From Betaproteobacteria bacterium (GTDB lineage: Bacteria > Pseudomonadota > Gammaproteobacteria > Burkholderiales > JAHFQX01), in assembly GCA_023259135.1 (NCBI GenBank), contig JAHFQX010000011.1, forward strand, positions 54-64,053: DNA of 64,000 bases, written 5' to 3'. The position numbers were made by a program, and so were the translations under genes. The notes below the pieces were generated by a model. It did not search any database. It was given only the letters and a program-made list of their open reading frames with translations, and was not told the origin of the DNA. Below are positions 22,819 to 31,019 of this stretch, piece by piece (positions within the stretch are counted from its first letter, which is position 1; each line of letters begins with the position of its first letter).

Positions 22819-23802
22819 TTAGATAACCTTGGCTCGGAACAGGTCGTGGGTATTGAGCGCCCCCGCCAACCGGGAGGTGTCGTCCACCACCAGCAGTTGG
22901 CTGATCTTGCGTTCCTCCATGATCTGGGCGGCCTCCACCGCCAGCCGGTCGGCGGCGATGGTGCGGGGAGAACGGGTCATGACCGCCGCCACCGGGGTAT
23001 TGCGCAGGTCGGCGAGCTTTTCGAAAGAACGGCGCAGGTCGCCGTCGGTGAAGATGCCCACTACCCGGCCGGCGGCATCCAGCACCGCGGTCATGCCCAT
23101 GCCTTTGCGGGACATCTCCAGGATGGCCTGGGGCAGGGAAGCCTCTTCAGGCACCGTCGGGATCTCCGCTCCGGTCCGCATCACATCCCGCACATGGGTC
23201 AGCAGCCGTGCCCCCAGGGCGCCGCCGGGATGGGAGCGGGCGAAATCCTCGGCGCTAAAGCCGCGGGCGTCCAACAGCGCCACCGCCAGGGCATCTCCCA
23301 GGGCCAAGGCGGCGGTGGTGCTGGCGGTGGGGGCCAGCCCCAACGGACAGGCTTCCTCGGCCACCGCGCCGTCCAAGACCGCATCCGCTTCCCGGGCCAG
23401 GGTCGAGCGGCTGTTGCCGGTGAGGGCGATGAGCCGGGTCCCGCGGCGCTTGATGAGGGGGACGATGGCCAGCAGCTCTGGACTTTCCCCGGAGTTGGAC
23501 AGGGCCAGCACCACGTCCTCCCGGGCAATCATGCCCAGGTCGCCGTGGCTGGCCTCGGCCGGATGCAGGAAAAACGCCGGGGTTCCGGTGCTGGCCAGGG
23601 TGGAGGCGATTTTGCGGGCGATGTGGCCGGACTTGCCGATGCCGCTCACCACCACTCGGCCGCGGCAGGCCAGGATCAATTCCACGGCGCGGGAGAATTG
23701 GCCGTCCAGCCGATCCACCAGCCCGGCCACCGCCTGAGCCTCGATTTCCAGCACCCGGCGTGCCAGCGCCAAGGCTCCGTCACGGGAAGCAGAAGAGTTC
23801 AT
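22819..23802 (-). CDS. kdsD: Arabinose-5-phosphate isomerase KdsD (SIS + 2 CBS)
   Basis: The internal ATG at 23800-23802 gives 327 aa with SIS motif VVVSGIGKSGHIARKIASTLASTGTPAFFLHP and C-terminal CBS pairs. The rest of the 730-aa ORF is a non-coding read-through. Confidence 0.93.
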   Translation of the reverse strand: MNSSASRDGALALARRVLEIEAQAVAGLVDRLDGQFSRAVELILACRGRVVVSGIGKSGHIARKIASTLASTGTPAFFLHPAEASHGDLGMIAREDVVLALSNSGESPELLAIVPLIKRRGTRLIALTGNSRSTLAREADAVLDGAVAEEACPLGLAPTASTTAALALGDALAVALLDARGFSAEDFARSHPGGALGARLLTHVRDVMRTGAEIPTVPEEASLPQAILEMSRKGMGMTAVLDAAGRVVGIFTDGDLRRSFEKLADLRNTPVAAVMTRSPRTIAADRLAVEAAQIMEERKISQLLVVDDTSRLAGALNTHDLFRAKVI

Positions 23803-23861
23803 GGGCGGAGTATAGAGGCTGGGCGGCGCCACATAAAGCCGAGGGGATTCCTCGTCGCGCC

Positions 23862-25034
23862 CTACAGCGCGATGCGTTCTACCAGCCGGGCATAGCGCCA
23901 GCGCAGCGCCAACAGCCCCGCCAGGGCGGCAGCGGAACCCAGACCGAAAGTGGCGGCGGGACCGACGGACTGCCACAGGGAGCCGCTCAGAACCCCTCCC
24001 AGGAAGCCACCGGCACCGTAGCTCAAGCTGCTGTATAGCGCCTGCCCCTTGGCTTGGTGGGGACCGGGGAACAGCCGATGGATCATGGCCACCGCGGCCG
24101 CATGGTAGCTGCCGAACGTGGCGGCGTGCAGCACCTGGGCCGCCAGCAGCACGGCCAGGGAATCGGCGCCCCAGCCGATGGCGACGAAGCGCAGCACCGC
24201 GCAGGCCAGGCTGAAGGCCAGCACCGCGGGCAGCGAAAACCGTCCCACGAGGCGCGGCAGGGCCAGGAACACGGCGATCTCGCAGATCACCCCCAGGGCC
24301 CATAGCCCACCGATGGTGGCCTTCGAATAATCGTGTTCGGCGAGATGGATCGAATAGAAGGTGTAGTATGGCCCGTGGGCCATGGTCATCAGAAAGCAGG
24401 CGGCGAACAAGGCCAGCACTTCCGAGCGCATCAGGATATCCCGTGCCCGGACGGGAGGCGATGGGGACTCGGGCCGATGGGGAGCGCCTTCCGGTAGGCG
24501 CCAGGAAAAAGCCGCCGTGCCGATCTGCAACAGCAGCACTAGATAGACCAGGAAGCGGATGTCCCAGCGGTCCAGGGCCGCCCCCACCGCCACCACCGCC
24601 ACGATGAAACCCACCGAGCCCCATAGCCGGATTCGGCCGTAGCCGGCGGTACTGCCGCCGAGCAGCCGCAGGGTGGTAGCTTCCACCAGGGGCAAGGTGG
24701 CGCTGGAGAAAAATCCCATCAGCGCCATCGCTCCGAAGATCCAGAAAAATTCCTGGCCCAGCAGCACCAAGGCCAGGCTGGCCGCGCTCAATATCGAACA
24801 GACGCGGATGATGGGGGCGTGGCGCCCCAGGCGGTCGGCGAGCCAACCCCACAGATTGGGGGCGAAAATCCGCATGACCTGGATCAAGGCCATCAGCACG
24901 CCGATGCGCAGCGGGTCGAAACCTAGGGTGTCGAGATACAGCGGCCAGTAGGGGGAGAACGCGCCGATGAAGGCGAAATAGAAAAAGTAGTACCCCCCCA
25001 GGGACCCCCAAGGGGATGAGCGGGGGAGCGGCAT
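23862..25034 (-). CDS. MFS transporter (MFS_1-like, PPP/HcaT-like family)
   Basis: The ATG at 25032-25034 gives about 390 aa and 12 predicted TM segments: GYYFFYFAFIGAFSPYWPLYL...WGWLADRLGR. Confidence 0.8.
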   Translation of the reverse strand: MPLPRSSPWGSLGGYYFFYFAFIGAFSPYWPLYLDTLGFDPLRIGVLMALIQVMRIFAPNLWGWLADRLGRHAPIIRVCSILSAASLALVLLGQEFFWIFGAMALMGFFSSATLPLVEATTLRLLGGSTAGYGRIRLWGSVGFIVAVVAVGAALDRWDIRFLVYLVLLLQIGTAAFSWRLPEGAPHRPESPSPPVRARDILMRSEVLALFAACFLMTMAHGPYYTFYSIHLAEHDYSKATIGGLWALGVICEIAVFLALPRLVGRFSLPAVLAFSLACAVLRFVAIGWGADSLAVLLAAQVLHAATFGSYHAAAVAMIHRLFPGPHQAKGQALYSSLSYGAGGFLGGVLSGSLWQSVGPAATFGLGSAAALAGLLALRWRYARLVERIAL

Positions 25035-25056
25035 CGAAAGAGGAGAGTGGGAGCGG

Positions 25057-26163
25057 CTAATCGCCCGAGGGCCGGCCCGGGAGGGGCGGCGTGGGCAATA
25101 CGACGTCGGCGTTCTGGGCGCGGTGGCGCAGCGCATGGTCCATCAGCACCAGCGCCAGCATCGCTTCGGCGATGGGGGTGGCGCGGAGGCCGACGCAAGG
25201 GTCGTGGCGGCCGTGGGTGGCGACTGCCTCGGCCTCGCCCCGGATATTCACCGAGCGGCGCGGCAGCCGGATGCTGGAGGTGGGCTTGATGGCCAGGCTC
25301 ACCAGCACGTCCTGGCCGGTGGAAATGCCGCCGAGAATACCGCCGGCGTTGTTGGACAAGAATCCTTCCGGAGCCATTTCATCGCCGTGTTCCGTGCCTT
25401 TTTGCTCGACGGCGGCGAAGCCGGCGCCGATCTCCACGCCCTTCACCGCGTTGATGCTCATCATAGCGGCGGCCAGATCGGCGTCCAGCTTGCCGTATAC
25501 CGGCTCGCCCCAGCCCGGCGGGACCTTTTCCGCCATGACGTTGATGCGGGCCCCCACCGAATCCCCCGATTTGCGCAGCCGATCCATGAAGGTTTCCAGT
25601 TCGGGGACGATGGACAGATCCGGGGCGAAGAAGGGATTGCGGTCCACGTCGTCCCAAGCCTTGAAAGGTATTTTCAGCGGGCCGAGTTGCGCCAGGTAAC
25701 CGCGAATGACCACCCCGTAGCGCTCCTTCAGCCATTTTTTGGCGATGGCCGCCGCTGCCACCCGCACCGCGGTTTCGCGAGCGGAAGCACGGCCGCCGCC
25801 CCGGTAATCGCGGATGCCGTATTTGCGCCAATAGGCGTAGTCGGCGTGGCCGGGGCGGAAGGCTGCCTTGATGGTTTCGTAGTCGCGGCTGCGAGAGTCG
25901 GTATTGCGGATCAACAGGCCGATGGGGGTGCCGGTGGTGCGGCCTTCGAAGATGCCGGAAAGGATTTCCACTGCATCGGATTCCCGGCGCTGAGTGACGT
26001 GGCGGGAGGTGCCCGGCTTGCGCCGGTCCAGCTCCCGCTGGATATCGGCCGCCTCCAGGACCAGACCGGGCGGGCAGCCGTCCACCACGCAACCGATAGC
26101 CGGCCCGTGGGACTCTCCGAAGGAGGTGAGGCGAAACAGGGTTCCGAGAGTGTTTCCGGCCAT
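25057..26163 (-). CDS. aroC: Chorismate synthase AroC
   Basis: 368 aa: [34 protein letters not shown]...RHDPCVG.RA.PI.EAM. Confidence 0.97.
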   Translation of the reverse strand: MAGNTLGTLFRLTSFGESHGPAIGCVVDGCPPGLVLEAADIQRELDRRKPGTSRHVTQRRESDAVEILSGIFEGRTTGTPIGLLIRNTDSRSRDYETIKAAFRPGHADYAYWRKYGIRDYRGGGRASARETAVRVAAAAIAKKWLKERYGVVIRGYLAQLGPLKIPFKAWDDVDRNPFFAPDLSIVPELETFMDRLRKSGDSVGARINVMAEKVPPGWGEPVYGKLDADLAAAMMSINAVKGVEIGAGFAAVEQKGTEHGDEMAPEGFLSNNAGGILGGISTGQDVLVSLAIKPTSSIRLPRRSVNIRGEAEAVATHGRHDPCVGLRATPIAEAMLALVLMDHALRHRAQNADVVLPTPPLPGRPSGD

Positions 26164-26306
26164 GATGGGGCGCGCTCAAAAACCCCCGCAGTGTATCACA
26201 GGCGCCCTCGGCACTTTATCGCGAACGCACCCATCGCGTTGTCGCAAGCATTCGACCTGAAACCACCCGTCTACGCATAAGGGGACACACTTTTTAATCC
26301 CGAAAA

Positions 26307-27134
26307 CTATTTCGCGCGAAGGTACAGAACCTTCTGATTTGACCCCGGCGTCTGCCGTTCTTCTGTCACGAAGAGCTCTGTCTTCGCTTTGACGAGATCA
26401 GAGAGCTTCTTGTAGCCGTATAGCCTGGAGTCAAAGTCGGGTTGTAGCTTGGTCAGGTAGCTCCCGAAGGTGCCAAGACGCGCCCATCCGGCGTCGTCAA
26501 TAGACTGCTCCAGCGCGGTGAGAACGAACTTTTTGGGGAATTCAAGCTTTGGCTCTGTTGCTTCGGCAGGTCTCTGGGGCGAAACGGTTTTTTTCTTACC
26601 CGCCACTTTCGGTGGCAGACCGACCGGCTCGGCTGCGGCGCTGGGTCGAAGGACTTCGGTGAACACAAATTTATGGCAGGCATTGCGGAACGCCTCCGGT
26701 GTTTTCTTTTCGCCAAAACCGAGAACCGTGAGCCCCTCTTCGCGCAATCGCATCGCCAGGCCCGTAAAATCGCTGTCGCTGGTGATCAGGCAAAAGCCGT
26801 CGAATTTCCGCGTGTACAGCAAGTCCATGGCATCGATGATCAGCGTGCTGTCCGTGGCGTTCTTTCCGGTCGTGTATGCGAACTGTTGGACCGGCTTGAT
26901 CGCGTATCGCTGCAACACCTTTTTCCATGAGGAACTCGCTGGCGCAGTGAAATCGCCGTATATGCGCCTCACAGTGGCTTCCCCAAATCTTGCGATTTCC
27001 GCGAGCAGACCTTCAATGACGGCGGCCTGGGCGTTGTCAGCGTCAATGAGAACGGCCAATCGAAGAGTAGGCTCTTCGGACTCGGTTTTTTCGGCTAGTC
27101 GTGGAGATGTCAATAGGACTCCAGTCTTCTTCAA
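26307..27134 (-). CDS. NYN-domain (LabA-like) predicted RNase with C-terminal OST-HTH/LOTUS domain
   Basis: NYN core LAVLIDADNA...ATDSTLIIDAMDLLY...FCLITSDSDFTGLAMRLREEGLTVLGFG. A Lys/Pro linker precedes the C-terminal LOTUS-like GWARLGTFGSYLTKLQPDFDSRLYGYKKLSDLV. No ATG lies upstream of the NYN core; the start is a TTG (27134 or 27062). Confidence 0.8.
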   Translation of the reverse strand: MKKTGVLLTSPRLAEKTESEEPTLRLAVLIDADNAQAAVIEGLLAEIARFGEATVRRIYGDFTAPASSSWKKVLQRYAIKPVQQFAYTTGKNATDSTLIIDAMDLLYTRKFDGFCLITSDSDFTGLAMRLREEGLTVLGFGEKKTPEAFRNACHKFVFTEVLRPSAAAEPVGLPPKVAGKKKTVSPQRPAEATEPKLEFPKKFVLTALEQSIDDAGWARLGTFGSYLTKLQPDFDSRLYGYKKLSDLVKAKTELFVTEERQTPGSNQKVLYLRAK

Positions 27135-27212
27135 CGTTCCCGCTCAGGCGTGCGCCGAGCTTGGCGGTTGAAAACAAGGTGGCCGCTCCAGCGCGTCGCC
27201 TGCAGCGGGCAG

Positions 27213-27473
27213 TTAGCCGACGAGTTTATCGTACTCGCCATGCGTGCCAATCCAGAACCAATGGACGCCGTCTGGTACAGGGAGCCCGAGTGCCCTGTAG
27301 TAGAGGCCAACTCGGACGCTGTGATATTGGCCGTTTCCAAGCGTCTTGAAGTGCAACGATGGATGCGCCGGATCGGTCTTGAGCAACGCGTAGTTCCTGT
27401 GTGCGAGAGCTTGAACGTCAGGGGGTAGCGCTTCGAGACACTGCCAAAAGCGTTTTGACGCTGTGTGTCTCAA
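27213..27473 (-). CDS. ParE/RelE-superfamily toxin (ParE-like)
   Basis: 86 aa: ...DPAHPSLHFKTLGNGQYHSVRVGLYYRALGLPVPDGVHWFWIGTHGEYDKLV, the typical ParE-like toxin C-terminus. TTG start overlaps the antitoxin stop (TTGA). Confidence 0.7.
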   Translation of the reverse strand: MRHTASKRFWQCLEALPPDVQALAHRNYALLKTDPAHPSLHFKTLGNGQYHSVRVGLYYRALGLPVPDGVHWFWIGTHGEYDKLVG

Positions 27474-27670
27474 AGCTCTCGCGCCGAGCCAGCGCGATAG
27501 TCGGCAAGCGCTTCCGCAGCCAGTCCGTCAAGCTTGCCGGAGGCAGCATCTTGCTCGATTTGCTTGTCCCACGCAGCCGCATCGAACTCAGCGAACCAGC
27601 GCCGGAATTCAGCTAGTTCTGAAGGCGGCAGTGATTCCACGGCTTTCTCAATCGACTTTACGTTTCCCAT
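27470..27670 (-). CDS. Cognate antitoxin of the ParE-like toxin (small acidic protein)
   Basis: 66 aa from the ATG at 27668-27670: MGNVKSIEKAVESLPPSELAEFRRWFAEFDAAAWDKQIE... Lies upstream of the toxin and overlaps it by 4 nt. Confidence 0.6.
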   Translation of the reverse strand: MGNVKSIEKAVESLPPSELAEFRRWFAEFDAAAWDKQIEQDAASGKLDGLAAEALADYRAGSAREL

Positions 27671-27821
27671 GCTTCCACTCCAATTGGGATGCCACAACAT
27701 CATGAAGTATGCGGCAAGTCGGTGCCTAAGCACAATTTCGTCGACTAACGTTTGCCGTGAACCGGGCGCGGATTTGGGCGCGTCGGTTTCGACGGCACGG
27801 TTGGGTGGCAAAAGGCCGCGC

Positions 27822-28034
27822 TCATAAGTCCCCGGGGCTCAGCCCTGTGCGCTTGGCAATTCGGGCGAGCATCTTGGGGCCAATCGTCTCGCCATCGTGA
27901 AACGCAAAGACGAAATCAGGCCAGCCAGGACGAGAGAGAGTTTTGTGCGATCCGGACTGGCGCTTGAACGTCCAGCCAATCCGAAACAGTGCGGCGAGAA
28001 CACTGCGGGCCTTCGTCGAAGGCCATGAGGTCAT
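27822..28034 (-). CDS. hicA: HicA-family mRNA interferase toxin
   Basis: 70 aa: ...GWTFKRQSGSHKTLSRPGWPDFVFAFHDGETIGPKMLARIAKRTGL. ATGA overlap with the hicB stop. Confidence 0.85.
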   Translation of the reverse strand: MTSWPSTKARSVLAALFRIGWTFKRQSGSHKTLSRPGWPDFVFAFHDGETIGPKMLARIAKRTGLSPGDL

Positions 28035-28237
28035 GCGGCCGGGACAGCAATCGAGATGGGCTGAGGCCCAGCTTCATTATGTTCGAGGCGTTCGGCCAGC
28101 ACGCGCAGGGCGAGCACCTCGGCCTTTGCCATTGCTTCCTGGGGCGTTGCGCCATAGGCAAGAACCCCGGGTAGTTCCGGGACTTCGGCGAGCCAGCGGC
28201 CGTCTTCTTCGCGTTCATGCTCGATAGTGAAATTCAT
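28031..28237 (-). CDS. hicB: HicB-family antitoxin (short form, no DNA-binding domain)
   Basis: 68 aa from the ATG at 28235-28237, preceded by GGAGG: MNFTIEHEREEDGRWLAEVPELPGVLAYGATPQEAMAKAEVLALRVL. Confidence 0.8.
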   Translation of the reverse strand: MNFTIEHEREEDGRWLAEVPELPGVLAYGATPQEAMAKAEVLALRVLAERLEHNEAGPQPISIAVPAA

Positions 28238-28374
28238 AGGGACCTCCGCAATGGCCACTATATTACGCTCATTCGGGTTTTGCCACCCAACGTCGCCGTT
28301 CACCCGGCCGAGGGAAGGCGCGCAGCGCCGCTCCCGAGGGTCGGGTGCAACGGCCTGTTATTACCTCAGCCTGG

Positions 28375-28677
28375 TCACGCGGCTATCTTTCGAAGCACGG
28401 ATGGATGCAGCTCTGCAACTTTGATCAAAGTCTTCGCAGCCGCATTGGGCTCACGACGTCCTTGCTCCCAGTCCTGAAGGGTGCGCACCGACACCCCCAG
28501 CAATTCGGCAAACTTGGCCTGCGAGAGTCCAGATTTCTCCCTCGCCCGGACAATGGGGTAGGACTCAATCGTGTAGCGCCGCCCAACGCGACCAGCTTTG
28601 ATATCCCGGATTCCCCGAAGAATCTCCTCCCCGATATTTCGGGACTTTTCCCATTTGGCCAATTGTTTGTCAGTCAT
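28375..28677 (-). CDS. XRE-family HTH antitoxin (HigA-like partner of a DUF1044/RelE-type toxin)
   Basis: MTDKQLAKWEKSRNIGEEIL.GIRDIKAG...REKSGLSQAKFAELLGVSVRTLQDWEQGRREPNAAAKTLIKV. The ATG at 28675-28677 overlaps the stop of the upstream toxin frame (ATGACTGA). The ORF track starts at 28692. Confidence 0.8.
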   Translation of the reverse strand: MTDKQLAKWEKSRNIGEEILRGIRDIKAGRVGRRYTIESYPIVRAREKSGLSQAKFAELLGVSVRTLQDWEQGRREPNAAAKTLIKVAELHPSVLRKIAA

Positions 28678-29011
28678 CTTTCGCATCTTCAATTGCCTCT
28701 TTCAACGCCTTCAACACGTGGGCCGGGATGTCCTCGCGCACGTTCTTGCCGTAGAGCGTGAGCATCCAAATATGGCCACGAGCAAGACGCAAGCAGTAAA
28801 TGATCCTCAGGCCACCACGTTTTCCGCGCCCTGCGGCGGCTCATCGGAGTTTCCGTACGCCCCCGGAGCCCGGAACGATCTTCCCGGACTCAGGATGTTC
28901 GTTCAGATACGTCTGCAACTCCCGGTATCCGTCGTCATCGAGATATCGATCAAGACTCTTGGTAAAGAACGGTGTCTCGATGAACTCGAACATTCGGCTA
29001 TAATACGGCAT
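28670..29011 (-). pseudogene. RelE/HigB-type toxin (DUF1044/PF06296-like) inactivated by an in-frame TGA
   Basis: The minus frame reads MPYYSRMFEFIETPFFTKSLDRYLDDDGYRELQTYLNEHPESGKIVPGSGGVRKLR*AAAGRGKRGGLRIIYCLRLARGHIWMLTLYGKNVREDIPAHVLKALKEAIEDAKDD*. The TGA at 28841-28843 sits where the family has a conserved Trp (GG.RK.RW). Neither half reaches the 60-aa ORF-track threshold. Confidence 0.75.
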
Positions 29012-29052
29012 TGCCGTAGCCGTGTCCAGAGCTTCGCCGATGTTGATGCTGA

Positions 29053-29075
29053 GGTATAACGACGTGAATTATACC
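29053..29075 (-). promoter_or_regulatory. Putative promoter/operator of the higB-like/XRE module
   Basis: Perfect 7-bp inverted repeat GGTATAA-N9-TTATACC. On the minus strand it contains TATAAT (29068-29073), about 57 nt upstream of the toxin ATG. This is the typical autoregulatory operator layout of type II TA loci. Confidence 0.4.
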
Positions 29076-29101
29076 GCGCGCTTGTGGAGGGATCCTCGGG
29101 G

Positions 29102-29731
29102 CTACGCATCGCGGTACCGATCGTGCGAGTACCGCTGAACCAACAGCGCCGGATCGGCGTCAACAAGTCGTTGGTACTCCACTGAATCCTTCAGAGCATG
29201 GACCAGGCTTGGAATATCTCCAGACTGCATCGTTGCGGCAATCTCAAAGGGCCCACCGATGGCCTCACGATGCGCTGCGTCCGCGAAGGTCTGAAGGTGC
29301 TCCCAAAACGCGAGTTCTTCAGCTTGAGCCACTTCGCCGAGCGCGACTGCATTGAGCCGCGCGCGCAAGTCCAGGTGCGCGATAAGCTTGCGCCTCGCGT
29401 CGACGATCTTTTCTCGAAACTCCATGAGACGCGCGTTCGCTTCGACTAGCACACCGCGGGTCTCGTCGCTCCAGTCCAGCGCGAGAATGTAGTTGGTGGT
29501 TAGATTGTCTTTGTCCTTCCCCATTGACTCCGGGTCCGTCAGCTTGCATTGCTGGAGCAGGATGTACTCGATCATCATCAGATTCAGGTCGTGGAAAAAA
29601 GTATCCGCCACCTCAAGGAGCAGTGCACTCCGCTGATCCGAAGATTCGAAGAGCTCGCCAAAGTGGGTCCGAAGGCTTCGCACCCACACGCACTCTTCGC
29701 AGAAGGCATGAACTATCGCGCGTCGATCCAT
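29102..29731 (-). CDS. HEPN-like protein (AbiU2-type abortive-infection candidate)
   Basis: 209-aa all-helical-looking protein with an R-x4-H motif in VDARRKLIAHLD (RKLIAH). AT-richer codon usage and TA/defence-island context. Family assignment comes from motif memory only. Confidence 0.45.
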   Translation of the reverse strand: MDRRAIVHAFCEECVWVRSLRTHFGELFESSDQRSALLLEVADTFFHDLNLMMIEYILLQQCKLTDPESMGKDKDNLTTNYILALDWSDETRGVLVEANARLMEFREKIVDARRKLIAHLDLRARLNAVALGEVAQAEELAFWEHLQTFADAAHREAIGGPFEIAATMQSGDIPSLVHALKDSVEYQRLVDADPALLVQRYSHDRYRDA

Positions 29732-29813
29732 GGCCTAAGCGGTATAACGTTCAAGGTCAGGGACGCTGCGCGGCTTTATCGCGCAGCGTCCCCTGCACCA
29801 CAGGGTTAGCCAA

Positions 29814-29845
29814 GATAGATAGATGATAGATAGAGATGATAGATA
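29814..29845. repeat. GATA-rich low-complexity tract
   Basis: gatagatagatgatagatagagatgatagata, immediately left of the REP array. Confidence 0.8.
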
Positions 29846-29910
29846 GGGGACAGACCACGGTTTCGATAGATAGGGGACAGACCAATAGATAGGGGACAGA
29901 CCACGGTTTC
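29846..29910 (+). repeat. REP array: three direct copies (one truncated) of GGGGACAGACCACGGTTTC
   Basis: Full copies at 29846-29864 and 29892-29910; truncated copy GGGGACAGACCA at 29873-29884. Each is preceded by (GATA)n. The array abuts the 3' end of the RAYT gene. Confidence 0.85.
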
Positions 29911-29913
29911 TTG

Positions 29914-30633
29914 TTACTCATAACCCTGGATCGCAGGCCCCGATTCGACCGTCTTGCTGGGCCGTCCCGATTTTCCCGGTGTCGCTCGCCTGCCCAGCGC
30001 TTCCGATATTTGGGCAGTAAAACGCTCATTACCCAGCGCATAATTGCCGTTCGTTGCCCTTCGTATTTCATCCACCAGTCCGGGATCAAGTTGGTAACGG
30101 AACAGTTCGCGGTAAGCCGCTTGCCTGGCGGCTGCGTCCATTCCCAATGCGTTGTAGAGCGGATGGGGTTTCAAGAGTGCATCATGTTCCCCTTGCGCGT
30201 TCGCCCGATAGCTCGACCAACGATATTCTCCCGGATGGTCCACTATGCCCGCACGTACCGGGTTGAGTTCGATGTAGCGCTGACAGGCCAGCAGATATGT
30301 TTCTTCCTGCGTCAAACAGGAGCGGTAGCGCCCTTCCCACAAGGTGCCGCTACGCCGATAGGTACGGTTCACATGTTGCACATAGCGCTGTCCCAGCGCT
30401 TTCATCAGTTCGCCCGGAGCCTCTGCCCGGTTGACCGATAGCAACATATGCACATGGTTGGTCATTAGCACATAAGCATGGACTTGGCAGCCAGTCTTGT
30501 CGGCGTATTCAGCCAGCCAATCCAGATAAAAGCGGTAGTCTTCGTCAGCAAAGAAACAGGCTTGGCGATTATTGCCGCGCTGGATCAGGTGAAGCGGAAC
30601 ATTCGACAACATGAGCCGGGCTCGGCGGGGCAT
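29914..30633 (-). CDS. REP-associated tyrosine transposase (RAYT; IS200/Y1 HUH family)
   Basis: 239 aa: MPRRARLMLSNVPLHLIQRGNNRQACFF, HUH motif LMTNHVHMLL, catalytic-Tyr region ACQRYIELNPVRAGIV, then YRWSSY. Confidence 0.88.
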   Translation of the reverse strand: MPRRARLMLSNVPLHLIQRGNNRQACFFADEDYRFYLDWLAEYADKTGCQVHAYVLMTNHVHMLLSVNRAEAPGELMKALGQRYVQHVNRTYRRSGTLWEGRYRSCLTQEETYLLACQRYIELNPVRAGIVDHPGEYRWSSYRANAQGEHDALLKPHPLYNALGMDAAARQAAYRELFRYQLDPGLVDEIRRATNGNYALGNERFTAQISEALGRRATPGKSGRPSKTVESGPAIQGYE

Positions 30634-30682
30634 GGGATGGCTCCAAACAGGAGGGCATGATGGAGTTTATCAGAATACCGTA

Positions 30683-30702
30683 GAATACCGTGGTCTGTCC
30701 CC
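30683..30702 (-). repeat. REP copy (reverse orientation) upstream of the RAYT gene
   Basis: gaataccgtggtctgtcccc is the reverse complement of GGGGACAGACCACGGTATTC. It is preceded by a duplicated agaataccgt. Confidence 0.8.
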
Positions 30703-30971
30703 TATCGCGCCATCACCCAGACGCTCATCTCCGACTACGAGCAGGATCGCCGACGCCTCCACGCCGAGATGATCGTGAAGGTCGCGAAGATCCTCGGGGT
30801 CAGCACCGACGAGCTGCTCGGCAGCAAGGCCGCGCGCAGCGCAGCCAACGGGCCGCTGAGCCTCAAGCTCACGCGGCGCCTGCACCGCACCGCATCGAAG
30901 AACTATCCCCCGCGCGTCAGAAGCTCGTGCTGCAATCCCTCGACACCCTGCTCAAGGGCGCCAGCAGCTAA
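30703..30971 (+). pseudogene. XRE-family HTH regulator remnant (5'-truncated at the REP and frameshifted)
   Basis: Reads ...AITQTLISDYEQDRRRLHAEMIVKVAKILGVSTDELLG...NGPLSLKLTRRLHR, then shifts frame at a tandem 5-bp duplication caccg/caccg (30883-30892) to IEELSPARQKLVLQSLDTLLKGASS*. There is no N-terminal half and no start codon. Confidence 0.55.
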
Positions 30972-31019
30972 AACAACAACGCCCGCGCACGGCGGGCGTT
31001 GTTGGCGACGGGGAATTGG

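Larger units (their letters stand above)
29846..30702 (-). mobile_element. RAYT locus flanked by inverted cognate REPs
   Basis: The REP motif is in + orientation on the left (29846-29910) and reverse-complemented on the right (30683-30702). Confidence 0.7.

Noticed and set aside
22819-25011. 730-aa minus-strand ORF
   Set aside because: Only the C-terminal 327 aa (from the ATG at 23802) are KdsD. The N-terminal extension is an out-of-frame read through the MFS transporter gene.
26164-26306. Left island border searched for a tRNA, att site or integrase remnant (also the right border, 36966-37082)
   Set aside because: No tRNA-like cloverleaf, no repeat shared between the two borders and no integrase fragment could be recognised by eye.
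28841-28843. In-frame TGA of the higB-like gene read as selenocysteine or programmed read-through
   Set aside because: No SECIS-like hairpin lies immediately downstream. The position corresponds to a conserved Trp (TGG), so a simple nonsense mutation is the more economical explanation.
28598-29166. ORFs 28598..29059 (+) and 28903..29166 (-)
   Set aside because: They overlap the recognisable but stop-interrupted RelE-like frame and its promoter region, and show no protein-like features.
29814-29910. Possible CRISPR array (short repeats with short spacers)
   Set aside because: The repeats are 19 bp with GATA-type low-complexity spacers of 8-10 nt, there are only three units, and there are no cas genes. 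The same motif flanks a RAYT in inverted orientation, so these are REP elements.
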